Shown: positions 38,333 through 58,829 of the stretch, one piece after another
Position numbering within the stretch: the stretch's first letter is position 1
Layout of the letters: every line of letters begins with the position of its first letter
Source of the DNA: Daphnia carinata
Lineage: Eukaryota
NCBI RefSeq assembly: GCF_022539665.2
Contig: NC_081333.1
Location: 434,001 to 498,000 of the forward strand
DNA length: 64,000 nt
Direction of reading: 5' to 3'
Translations under genes and position numbers: made by a program
Notes under the pieces: model-generated
What the model saw: the letters and a program-made list of their open reading frames with translations, nothing else
The model's database searches: none
Told to the model about the DNA's origin: nothing

Positions 38333-40359
38333 GGTGCCGACTCCACTCCTGGCACACCAACAGAAGAAGTGAATGAGAGGACAAAATGGTTGGCATGGGG
38401 AAGAAGGCAAAGCGGCAACGTTGCAACTTCCTCCATGATAAATTCACGATTTACTAAATTCTTACTAACATAATTAGGGAGGTGGTAAAGTGCAAAGAAT
38501 TATACTTAGTTTTTAATGTAAAATATTCTGGAAATTTATTTGAAAACCGAAGATCATTGGCAGTACTAATTTGCAACAACATCGGAGAGAGCGTAGATCA
38601 ATACAATGTCTGACAGTGTGGAAACAGACGAAAAATACAAAACTGGCTCTGTAGGGATAATTTTAATGTTCATTGAGAACGAATTTTTCGACAACGGAAA
38701 ATGTTATATCTCCAAGAATGGACAAATGCAAGTAAGGTGTGAACGCAGTAATGGACAGAAATATAACATAAAGTATTCTCTTTTAGCAAAATCTTGCAAG
38801 TTAGTGCTGCCATCTTGGCACTAACATTAAACATGCAACATCTGAATTCTGGACTGTTTAGCTAAAACATCTGACAACCTAGACGCTGTTGGTACAAACT
38901 TGCCACCATAATTAAATAGTTTCTAATTCGAGGAACGACTAGAATATAGAGGATACCAGGAATGAGCATAATAATGCAGTCAAGAATTTCAGCTAAAAAA
39001 GTACTCCATTATAAGAAGAAACAATTCTGAAAGCAAAAACCAAATATTACTAGTCTATCGTTTAAATATACGGCCAACCCAGTGAAATTGTCTGTGACAC
39101 ATTAACATTGCCGCTCTCAGCATCACTATATTCTACCTGTACATAACATCGTGCAAATACAAGCTTGCCATTCGTTAATAAAAATATGCATTAATTTTTG
39201 TTTACCCATGTTACTCGAAATACCAGTCAACGTCGGTGTCATAACGTTTAAGAAACGTTGTTCGAATCTTTTTTTTTTTTTTTTCGATGTCCCAATGAGA
39301 ATAATTTCCCCGATAGGCGATGGTACAGCGTCTTTCCTTCCTTCCTGGTCAAAAAGGAAATTTATTTTGCACGTAACAAATGACAATGTCACTAGGGAAC
39401 CAAACAATGATATTGATGCAGCAGCGAAGAAGAGTTTTTAAGCAAAATGTATGCATTTATGTTTCTCTCTTAACAAACTGTTGTCCTAGCATTCTTTGAC
39501 CTTTTGTTCTAAAAAGATGAATCGGTTTCTGAAAGTCACTCCACAAAGCTTTGAAATGCAATGATTACCGCGCAGTCAAGAAGGACCTCACAGTCAGCCA
39601 ATTCGTCTCACCACGAAGTTGTCTAGTATGGAAGCTCCTATCAATCTGGACGTAACATTTTTACTTCTTGAAACAGCCATCTTTACGCCATAACTAATTA
39701 TATACAACTTTCCGCCATTCTGAGTGTAGCGTTTAGAACAAACGAAGCATTCTTTTTCATTGTAATACCTGTCTCGTTCGGAGGTTTGCCTTTTTGAGAA
39801 ATAAATTTCAACCCTAGGATCTTCTTGATTTACACTAGGGATGCATTCTTAAATCTTAATTAATCTAAATTCTTATAGTATCTAAACAGACCAAAAATTA
39901 AGTAAAATACACAGAAATTTTTTAAATATAATGCTATATCATGATATTCCCGTATTATCTTGAATTTCATTTGTTAAATCGGAAAGTTATCAAAGTAATA
40001 ATTTTCTATAGGCACAGTTAGAAAATTTCTTAAGTTTTCATCAACTCCAAGGTAAAAAAACCATTTAAATAAATAAAAATAAATAAAATATGCGATTTGT
40101 TACTGGTGGTGAGGTTCAGCGCCTCAGGCCATAGTTATACTGTCAGTTGTGCTCGATCAGCTGTCAGCAAAACATCGATTATTATACAATCCTAGTGCTT
40201 GGGAAATCAAGAAACTAGTGCCGAAGGGGAAAAATAAATACTTGATTTTAGCCCGACTATTGAACTGAAAGTTTTAGCTAGCTTCACCATAAAATATAGT
40301 TTAGAGTTTATTTGTTTATTTTTTTAGTTGCATGTAATTCAATTTAGAAAGAAAACAAC

Positions 40360-48045
<7,686 letters not shown>

Positions 48046-48367
48046 AAAACGTAAAGATTCAAATTGAAGGAATGAGTTTAAACGAACCAAGTTCGAATAG
48101 TCGTAACATTCCTTTCGGTCGTCATATTGGTGTTAATAGTAAATAGTTCAATGTTTCGAAAAGTTATTTGGATGTCTAATACATATTACACAATAAAGCG
48201 AAAAAACGTAAAAAAGTGAACACAAACATAATATGTTCAAAATCCTCACAGATGGCGTTTTCAAGTGGAAACAGCTGATAGCCAGCAGCTGATGAGTTTC
48301 GTACTCGCTTCTTGTTGGATATTATAGAAAATTGCAGTGAGAGTGTGGTATCCGCCGGACTTTAGTA

Positions 48368-49088
48368 ATGGTTCTCACTAAGGATGTATCCCTTCCGAGT
48401 GAAGAAGATTTAACAGTTCAGGAGGTAGAAGTTAGCACACCCGGGTTAAGAGCTGCAGCATTTCATATGGGAAAAGCATGTGAAAATGCAAATAATGTAA
48501 GTGAATTCGATTGTTATGTACATGCTCACCACACATTTCTAAAATATGGTCAGGCTGAAACTTATTCTATCCATCCAAGCAGTGAATAATTGCAGGAAAA
48601 ACAGTGTTTTCATTATGTGTAATTTATTCAAAGGAATTTATGCTTTGTCGCCAAGAATACAAGGACCCTCGCCAATGCTTGAATGAAGGAAAAGCTGTAA
48701 CTGCCTGTTCGTTGGATTTCTTCAGAAAGATTAAAAAGAACTGTGCTCTGGAGTTCACACAGTTTGCCAATTGCTTGGACCGCTCCAGCACTGATTTTAG
48801 CTTTTCACCGTAAGGCCAATATAATATTGAACTTGCACATTATGTTATTTCTAAATTTTTATATTTACCAGGTGTCGTAAAACACAAGCTGTGTTTGACA
48901 AATGCATGCTTGACAACTTGAAAATGGAACGTCCTTATTTTGGCTACTTCTCTGAAGTTAAAGTTCATCACACAGAAAGACCAAGACCTGAAGGAGTAAA
49001 GAAGCCGGAATATCCTAATACGCCCGTACCCGTTCCCGAAGATTTACCCCTTTCACCAGCTAAATTTGGCAAGCGTGTGTTTTCTTAA
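48368..49088 (+). CDS. NDUFA8: NADH dehydrogenase 1 alpha subcomplex subunit 8 (3 exons)
   Basis: [48 protein letters not shown] and [21 protein letters not shown]. Confidence 0.95.
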
Positions 49089-50767
49089 CGAAGCAATACG
49101 ATCTCCGTATTGAAGGAAAAAGTAGGAAGACTTGTAATACATGAAAGTAATAATAGTTAAAGTGAAATGTTAATGTTGGCCATAATAAAGCCAATTGTAA
49201 TTGACTACATAGTACTCATGTGGAGCCAGCAGCTAGGATATTTCACAATGAAGAGTTAGTTGTTCATCCATGTGCACTTGTTCGTCGATGATTCAGCTAT
49301 TCGTTTTTGAAATATCATGGATTAAGACGGAGTAAAAGCAGCCCTTTGCTAAAGTCTTGAAATTGGCTTCCCAACAGATTTTTTCAGCAGTTGCTTCCTT
49401 CGCAACAACCGATTCTGATACCTGAAGTTCAGAAATAAAAAAATCCTTAGTGATCCCATAGCCTGTTAGCGGCTAACAAATAGTTAAGTAAGCGGATGTG
49501 TTCTGGATTTCTTAGTTTTTTTGTCTTACCATAGTTACCAAGCAATGTCGAAGTCGTAATGTTAAGTAGTAAATTACGAATTTGGCCGGCTCAGGAAAAC
49601 TATTAGTATAGAACCTAGTTGTATTGTCATAAAAATTGTTAAAGAGGTTGCAGTGTTGAAGAATTGTTATAGGTTTTTGAAAAACTTAATAGGAAGTTCG
49701 TGTTGGCCTTGACGTAGTACATAAGATTGCTGACATTAAATTCGAATTCGATAGAAGGCTTTATGGCCTTCTCAAGTTCGAATCTCGTTCAAGTTTCAAA
49801 TAACTGTAGTCAGAAATAAGAAACGCGGGGGCTAGAAAAAAAAAAGAAACTTGAGCCATAATTTTAGTCGACGTACGTGGAAAATCGGTTGTTTTCTCAC
49901 ATTCGACTTTTTGTGTCGTGAGCAGAGTCACGGTTTTCAGCTTGTACGAGATAGAATTGTGTTTAACTATAGTGGAACTCTTTTGTGGGAATGCAGCTTT
50001 GAAAACTGAAGGCATAGAAAAGAATGGAAAGGAAACAAAATATACTTTCTGAAGGCAATGTTTCTAAAACCCGCGAACGAAGAATTATAAGTATGTTTTC
50101 TTAATTCTCGATCCAACTCGTTAGGTTGAAGAAGAAAGTTGTTTAGAATAAAAGTATCACAGCTAGACGCCAGGATGCGAAAATATACTGAAAACTGTTT
50201 TTCTTTCAGAGACGTTCATCTAGTGTAAACAGGTTTGTTGCGCACAATTTCATACTGCTAAAACTGCTAAAACTTTTTTATTTTCACGTATGCTAGAAAG
50301 CAAACCTCTTACTTTAGTCCAACATGAGATCGTGCAAGTACAAGTGCACGATTTCCTATTGGTAAATTGGTTAGATTATACTCCAATTAATCTTACTAAA
50401 TAATAAGAACTCTTGGAACTTTACATTTCATATTTGGAGTTTGATCAGGAATATAGGAGAAGAAGGGCAATTCCTGAAAATCAAGTTAGAGCATTTATAT
50501 ACCGTTTTATTAGTCGTAAACACGCAATTCGCATAGAATTTAACTGTACGCTTCTTTTATTTCGACATGTACTTATATTTTCATTGCCTGCGTGCATCAT
50601 GTGCAACAACAGCGAGGCAACCACTAGTGCCGTTCAGACTTATGTGCCCGTAGAACGGACCATGGTTTGTTTAACCATTAATATGTGGCATTCTTACAAC
50701 AATAGGCAACAATTACAACAATATCTAATCCCGGCATCTAATCGAATTAAAAGGAAACGATTACTTA

Positions 50768-51223
50768 TGTAATATAATCGATGGCCCGTATACCAGCCAG
50801 GCTCCTATATCTAGGAAACGCCCATTGAGCTTTCTTTTACAAGATGGCGTTGCGTCTTCCGGATTGAACGCGTCCCGGCTCCGCAAGAAGAATGCAACTT
50901 GGTCTCGGTTACCCAGGCCAAACGGTTGGCTTCAATACCAGAGCTTACCGTTTGGTCTGGATGACTGAGACCAAGTTGGAAAATCGCGAATAATCTTGTC
51001 AAACCCGATCGCACGTTTTTCGGGTTGATCGGGGTGAGCGGGCCGATCATATCTGATCTGATTCTAGCCACACCACTGATTATAAAAGAAAATTGTTTTT
51101 CGTGACTTAAAAATCATTAAATAAAGAATAAAGAAAAAGTAGTAAAAGTAGTCGTCGCTACATTTCGTTGCGCTGTTGGCATTATATCACGTTTTCCGAT
51201 CTTTAGTTTTATTTCTTATTACA
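50768..51223 (+). mobile_element. Candidate solo LTR
   Basis: Termini TGTAATA...TATTACA (7-bp inverted), TATAAAAG at 51081 and AATAAA at about 51120 and 51127. No clean TSD (ctta vs atga). Confidence 0.5.
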
Positions 51224-51824
51224 ATGAGAAAAATGATTTTCAGTAAAAGGGCATGTGTCTACATGAACACCAAAAATAAAAACAAGTGGAAGAAAAATTA
51301 GCATGAGGGTAAATTGATCTTTCCACTCGTCATCGAAAAATAGAAATGCGCAAAAGATCAAGATTGGGCGGATTAACTAAACGGTAGGGCTCGATAAATG
51401 TGGCGAGTTAAGAAACCAAATACATTTCAAATGTTTTTAAAAGAGCGATCACAACCTTTTGCGTCACATAAGGGAATATAAAAAGAATAGGTAAAAAAAT
51501 TTCTCTGAGTATTCAATTTAATAAAAGTCTAGGAAAACTGAGTTTACGGTGATACTGTAACAGGCGCGAAAGCATATCTTGCAGATAAATCCAGAAAATC
51601 CACAACCATAGCAGTTGCGTATGAAGAGAAGACTCAGAAAACAAAGTATGCCTATGAAGAAATACTTTTTAATGACTTCCCGCTAAGAAGTATACATGTC
51701 TACCTCATGGGCGGAATATAAAAATTTTTCACGCTCAGTCTTTGATTTGATGAAAATTCACGTGGCGAGTGTTTATTCATAGCTTCGACGATATCAGCCG
51801 TGATACTTACACGATCGAGAATAC

Positions 51825-52995
51825 TGTAAGGCACTCTCCCCGTGGGGTGAATGACCTTACGGAATTAAGACAAATAAAAGAAAGAACTCAGAGGCGTTTA
51901 CCTACAATGCCGAATATAATTTCCTAGGGATAGGTAAAAGAATAATGGAATAACAGATACAAAAATGCGTAAATAAGCGGGGAAACTGGGAAAATAAAGA
52001 AGTGACCAATACAAGTCGGGCTTACCACGTTACACCGTAAAGAAGGGGAATATGAGATGGCGCAAATCGGAATGAATAAAGGAACAACATGTGGATAGTC
52101 AGGTTTTTTGTTGATAAAGGAAATCCAACACATATTAATAAAGTTGGTATAATTCATAATAAACACCAGGTTACATATAAAAGCATAAAGCGCGGAAACA
52201 AGGAAAACAAACACACTGCAAGATACTAATAATATAAATTATAGAAATTTAACTCCTGGGTTGACTTCTTCCTGGCCGATTACATGCAGGGCACACGTAC
52301 TGTATCCACCAACCCGACGTCATCCATTCCGGCGGCGGTGGATGCCTATACTGCGTATCGAGATCCAAAATTTCTTGCAATCTTCTTATCGCCCCTGCCC
52401 AATTTCGGCTCTAAATTGCTCTACTTAGTTCTAGCCGGAGCACCATCGTCCGAATGTTTATGACGCACCGCCCAGATAGGATCTGGATGATGAATGTCGG
52501 GTTTCGGATCGACCTGAGGAACGTCCTGTGGGGGACCCGGATTTGGGTTGAGACCAGAAGGGCCCGCTACCGGTTCTTCCGGTTCATCCTGTCTAAGCCC
52601 GTGACTGTATGATGAGATCTTTCGGCATAGTGTGGCTGTGGATAACTTGATAAGTTTCTTTGCTTATTTAGAAAACTAAGGATGAAGTGATGTCGTTCTA
52701 TTCGACAACGTTGGTTGTATAGTGGACTAGTGTTCCCTCGTCAGCTTTTCTCGAAATAAATTTTCCGGAATCGATAAGTAATTCCCATTTTCTTCGTCAC
52801 TAATGACGTGTGTTATTTCCTTAATAGCTGTTTGTTCTTGATAACGTGAGGATTTCTTATTAGTTTGAGCCACGGAGTCGTTTTTAACTATGGTGGTTTT
52901 ACATCTCATTGCAATATATATAACAATGCTCGTTGGCACGAGTTGTGCTACATCTAAGATGAAAAATATCTAATAAAAAATTGTCATCTTCAGTC
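51825..52995 (-). mobile_element. LTR retroelement remnant: LTR-end segment related to 53001-53734 plus decayed coding sequence
   Basis: 51825-about 52220 aligns with 53001-about 53335 (TGTAAGGCACTC...GAATGACCTTACG..TTAAGACAAAT...GAGGCGTT). The - strand of about 52250-52940 holds stop/frameshift-broken peptides (DEPEEPVAGPSG..., HPPPPEWMTSGWWIQYVCPAC). Confidence 0.5.
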
Positions 52996-53000
52996 ACCCG

Positions 53001-53734
53001 TATAAAACATTCTTCTTGTGGAAAGAATGACTTTACGTTATTAAGACAAATTAATAATCATAATAATTAATAATAATGAACTCGGGAGGCGTTACCACAA
53101 TGTCGAATATATTTTATTTATGGCAAAGTTGGGAACAGAAAATAAGAAATGGAGTTGTATGAAATCGGTCTTACCGTCTCACGCCGTGGCGAAGATGGAA
53201 TTAAGATGACAATCGTTGTAAAGAAAAATACAGATAACGGGCTCGCCAGTCGCACAAGAAGCGATGAGAAGGCACTCACAAAAGTTATTAAAATATAAAT
53301 TAAACTCATTAAACTTGTTGAATGGAACTGCACTGAAGAAAAGGGTAGAAGTAGAACTGGAACTGGAACTGGGCTAACTTTTGGGAAGAAAAGGGCATTC
53401 TTTTATAGATTTACATGGTTGAGGGAAACATAGCATTTCCGACACATGACTCCGGATACAAGTTATTGCGTGTCGCACACGTCGACATTTCATATTCACG
53501 GAAATGTATGGCGCGATGTTCTACGCATGTAACTCATCCAATCAGCAACAAGCAGGATGTAAAGTATAATATAAAAATAGAATTCAAGGAAACGTCAATG
53601 ACACTTGAATTATTAGATCTATAAAATATACTTTAAGATAATGAGCAATAAACATAATACATAATTCGATTGTAAAGAAAACAAATAAACAAGGATATAT
53701 ATTAATAAAGGTATATTTTGGTGACTTCGTTACA
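53001..53734 (-). mobile_element. Solo LTR (734 bp) with 4-bp TSD, Gypsy-like
   Basis: TSD CCCG at 52997-53000 and 53735-53738. The - strand starts TGTAACG and ends TTATA (TTACA in the paralogous copy). CTATAAAAG at 53400-53408(-) and AATAAA at 53113-53118(-). Confidence 0.75.
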
Positions 53735-54818
53735 CCCGCTTGCGAAGAAAAACACGTCTAGAACTATTAAGAACAACGAGTAAACTGAGACTGTGTATTT
53801 CGCAGGATAAAATTCGATAAAAAGCTAACAAGTATCCTTTAAATTAATACTAAGCAAACAATTTCCAGAAAATCGACCTCTTTCGATTCTTCGAATTTTT
53901 ATCACCCCCCGTGTTATGAGTCCGTGTAACTTTCTTTGCGTTTTCTTATCTGGCGTATTCTCCGACTTTCCTTGCCCAAATTCGAATCGGTCGCCTCACA
54001 CATTCTCTGCTTGCAGGGAATTCGTCTGCTAATTATTAAAAGGAGAGAATTAGTCGCTAGATGCTGCTCCGAAGTATGTCATGGCGGCTTTAAGCCGGCT
54101 GTGTCCCATCTCCTTGCCTCTGGGTTCGACTCGCCTCCTGGTTCATGCTTCGTGAATCTGCGTAAAGTTGCTATGCAGCGCCATCTCAGCCAGTGGACGG
54201 TACCTCATATCATGTACGCATGACTGCTCTACGGTACTCTGGCTCATATGAACAATTTCTACTTTCTAGTCAATAGGGACTAGGGTACTAGTATAGTCCT
54301 ATGGGAAAACACTACATGCTAAAGGTGTGCTTTCAAGATTTTGGATACTGGCGTACGTTATCGCCAACCGAGTGACAGAAGGACGGAAATTTGTGGATGG
54401 AAAACTTAGGTTACCTATTAAATTCGCTATGTTCGTTATCAGTTACTTTCCGTGCACACCTATATAATTGTAATTGTTTGAGTCTATATTCGTTGCATAT
54501 ATACGTCAACTATTGTTTTCAGGTGAAACATCCGTTTCCGTAAAAGTTAGCCTTTTTAGTTTATGATTTTTTTTCAGCGAGTCATTCCAAACATAGATTA
54601 GTGCTAGTAATATACATGTATTCTTAAAATATCGTTTCGTATATTGTGGACCAATTAAGAACTATTATTTGTTTGTTTTTTTTTCCTGATACTTAGGCTG
54701 TCATCATGTTTAGTAGTGGTGGTACCAAACTTAGATGCTGTTAATGAATTTTTTGTAAACAAAAACTGTTATTCTTAGTTGATTTACATCCTGGCACAAT
54801 TGTTTTTTCTATTCAAGT

Positions 54819-57800
54819 ATGCCTCATGCTACAAGAAAGTGGGAAATATATCCAGGACGCAACCGCTTTTGTTGTGAAGGAAGGATAATGATGGCAAAAC
54901 AAGTTGGAATATTCTATGTTACAGTTGGATTAATAGTTGCTACGAGCTGCACATTCTTTGTATTTGAGTATGTTTCAATTTTTTAGACTCAATTTTTGTA
55001 GAAAGTCAGTTTCTGATTTTCTTAACTACTATTTTAACTCAGTAGGGTAACATACTGTAAGAAAAAAGGGAAAAGCCTTAATTTTCTTTAATCCGTTTTG
55101 TTACCAGGTTATGTCATCTTACCATTGTTTAGTACCTTTGTATATGTTTGTAGATAGCATAGCTGTTTCACTAATCAAGGCTGGATCTGACATTGTTCAA
55201 GCAGTATAATATCGTAACCAACTGCTGTGAATTCTACTACAGTCTTATGTTATGTGGAAGTATCATTCGTAGTAACAGGAGTTGACGGTTTTTGGAAGGG
55301 TATAGGAAAAATGCTTGGATTTTCCCTAGTTAAGAAATGTTTTTTCATTCTCCCTAAAGCAATGGAAAATTTACCCTGGCATTTCTTCCAATCCACTATA
55401 GTGAATAATGTACTAAACTAGCTAAACATTTAATCTACATGTAGCATAACTATGAAACTAGATCTGACTGTAAAATGGTGAAAGCAACAAATCTTATGGG
55501 AACCTCAGTCATGGATAACATTAGTTTTTTTTTTATTTGTGGAAGACAATTTAATGGACTGGTGTCATAGTAGTTATTATGGTTATGGGTATAATGTTAA
55601 CATAAGGGATTTATTAAGTGTCATGAGCTTGATATTTGGTTTCATCGATTTTTTTTTTGTTATTGTTTTGTTTTTGTTTTTTGTGGGGGGGGGGGGAGGG
55701 GGCCGAACGCTAGGACGATTGTGTTGTACGATGGACAAGGGGTTTTATAAATCGCACTAGTAAATGAAGGATGAAATTATTGTCCTGACGTTCAACCATC
55801 AGTTACGTTTGCGTAGTGAAATAACTCATTCGATTTTGCTACTTTTGAAAGCTGTCCATTTTTAGCTGTTAAAATCACCCCAGCCATCCCTGCTGTGGGT
55901 GGTCTCCTGTTTACGTTTGTCTTAGCTACGTTGTTTCGAACATCATTCTCCGACCCTGGGGTTATTCCTCGAGCCACGCCGGATGAAGCAGCAGACATAG
56001 AAAAGCAGATTGGTAAAAGTGTTCTTCGTTGTTTTGTCTCTCCCTACATTTTCCGTACGTTATTCTATCTCCTTTTAGTGTACCTTCCTACTCATTATTT
56101 CATGATTTTCGATAATATTTGTAACTGTAAAAGCATGTTCGAATCACTTGTGTTACTTCCTACCTTTCATTAATTAATTTTACCTGTCTCTTTTCGAAAA
56201 TCTAATGCAGAAGTCCCTAACAGTCCAAACAGTCCAACTTATCGTCCGCCTCCTCGGACAAAAGAAGTCGTTGTCTGTGGCCAAGTTGTCAAATTAAAGT
56301 TTTGTTTTACTTGTAAAATATTTCGTCCTCCAAGAGCGTCGCACTGTAGCATTTGCGACAATTGCGTAGGTGAGCATATCTTTTACTATATATTTGAGCT
56401 CGTGCCTTTTCGTGCACTTATATGCTGATATGTAGCATACTATCAGATCTAAAACAAAACATTCAAAAATTTTTAGACGGCTTTGATCATCATTGCCCCT
56501 GGATCGGAAACTGTGTCGGCCGCAGAAATTATCGCTATTTTTATTCGTTTATTGTCTCTCTAGCATTCATGTGCGTCTTCATTTTCGCATGTGCTATCAC
56601 ACATCTTGTATTATGTAAGATTGACGTTCACATTTATTTGTTTTTAAAATCTTTGCTAACATTTGTTTTCTTTTCCTTCTTCGGTCTAAAAAAAAAAAGT
56701 AACTAGAGATGACAAACCATTTCTAGATGCCATTAAGGAATCCCCTGCCAGTGTTCTTGTTGCGATAGTATGTTTCTTTAGCGTCTGGAGTGTATTGGGA
56801 TTGGCCGGCTTCCACACATACTTAACGACTTCCAATCAAACTACCAATGAAGACGTATGATTATTTTATATCTATTATTTTGATGGTTTTATTAATAATA
56901 TTTTGTTTGTTTCTTTGACCTTTTGCTAGTTACTAACTAATTTTTTTTTAATTTTCTCAGATTAAAGGTTCTTTCACTGGGAAAAGGGGGCAAGAAAAAG
57001 TTAACCCTTACAGCAAAGGCGGAGTTTGTGCGAACTGCTTTTTCATTTTATGTGGTCCGATGCCTCCCAGTTTTATAGGTATGTTGTCTGTATAGAACTA
57101 CATATGCATTTATTTACTGTTCACATTTTACAGACAGACGTGGTTTTGTGACACCAGAGCATTCCATAGCACCACCAATCGATTCCGTTCCAGTAAGTTA
57201 CATTAGAAAAATGTTTCCCCTTCTGCAATTGCATCTACTGTTCTCAACAGACAACATCTCCGGCCTCTGCCGTACCTATTCAAGGGAGCAGCGAAGTTCG
57301 GCTCCTGAGTAATGGGAAAGGACATGTCACGGTCAGCGTCTCCAATGCCGGACCGAGAAAACAAGCTATTGGCTCTATTCAGGGTAGGTCAAGACTTAAG
57401 TAAAAAGTCTATTCATTTTTCTTTTCGTTTTGTTATTGCTTAATGAATCTATTCGTCGTTTCAAGCATCCATTTCCAAAATCTAAGAAAAGGTAACACAT
57501 TTACTAGGTTGAATCGAAAAAAAAAAAACTATACCATATTCAATGAATGACTAGTTCCCTGAACCACGAAATTTTTTTCTCAAGTGTGCCGCGTTGCCGT
57601 TTGCAAATTTCCTTCTATGTGGTTATTTCCTCATTATGTCATGTTTGATCTCCACTTTTATTTAATTTTCGGTTGTGTATGCTTTGGTTTGCCGTCCTAT
57701 TCTTCTATTTTGAAAAGTGTATTAACTATTATTCGTAATTCTAACTCTTTTTTCTCTCTCTCTTCTAAAACAACAATTGCGCTTACAGAACCCAAACGTC

Positions 57801-58018
57801 CTGAAATTGATCCAGGAGTATCCCTTCAACCCTTGTCTACGCTGTCCGCCAGCAGTTTGCAGCTACTTCACGAAAGAACAATGATAAATACCGACTTGGA
57901 CCTTGATTCCCTGGATGAATCGGCCTCTTCCAACCCGTTTCATTTGGAATCGGCCAGCGTGACCAGCAGCCAAACAGGACTGTTACATCCGCTTGTTCCT
58001 CGGTATAATGGTTTATAG
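54819..58018 (+). CDS. ZDHHC14: Palmitoyltransferase of the ZDHHC9/14/18 group (Drosophila approximated-like), multi-exon
   Basis: [83 protein letters not shown] and NQTTNEDIK. The C-terminal exons are less certain. Probable 5'UTR exons lie near 49950-50232 and 54523. Confidence 0.9.
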
Positions 58019-58829
58019 CTAATAACCAGTCAATCGTCTATCATTTATGTGAACAGTTCGTACCCATCTTATTTTTCATTTGTGGTCACAACCATGACTC
58101 TTCGTCATTCCCTAAATCTGTGTATCGTTTAAACGCTATTCGTGTAAACTCCGTTGCTTTTGCGATCATGAGTAAATTGTTAATCAAATTTGTTTTGTCA
58201 AAAAAAAATATCGAAGTAGAGATTACTTGATGCGTAACACCTGGCGATATCAGCCAAGTTTGCTTACAAGTGTACACTTTATTATATCTAATCGGAGGAT
58301 CGATGGGATCTTCTGCAAAAGGGAATCCTCGTGAAGGGCATAAAACTAAGCTTTTGTCAATTTTGTGTCGCCGTGTTTACTACTATAGTTGACCAGGGTA
58401 TCTGAAACGGATTTCAGGTTTTATGCATGTTCATCGAGTTTTGAAAATCAAAAATTCCGTTTCATTTGTTGTAACATACAGAGCTTTTCAATGGTGGACA
58501 GAGCATTACTTCGCCAGCTACTTCCCACTAGAACCCAAGATGGAAACTAAACACGATTTTTGTCTTAAAATATAGTACGCTTCAGACGCAATATTACGCA
58601 GCACCAATTTTCAGTTTAGGAACGCCGGGGACTTGACATCGCATTCTAGTGAATAGTTACGTAGTCAAGTTTTCCCGAAAACCCCAAATATGAGCTGTTT
58701 GTTGCGCCCTAGCGTTGCTAACTTTATGTTTCCCTTTGCATTCGAGAAACATTTTAGTTTTATAAGGCTACAACACCTAACATAATGCAACGTAGAAAAG
58801 CTACCACTTTGAAAATAGCGATGGGGTAT

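Noticed and set aside
38580..39800. Hidden gene between RPL19 and WDR7
   Set aside because: Only short stop-riddled frames on both strands with no recognisable motif; a decayed gene or TE cannot be excluded.
52250..52640. Intronic RNase P/MRP RNA in a GC-rich, partly self-complementary stretch
   Set aside because: The conserved P4 motifs were not found in the right order; it reads better as decayed - strand coding sequence. An Infernal search would settle it.
54100..54140. SINE suggested by the B-box-like GGTTCGACTC
   Set aside because: No well-placed A box, tail or TSD.
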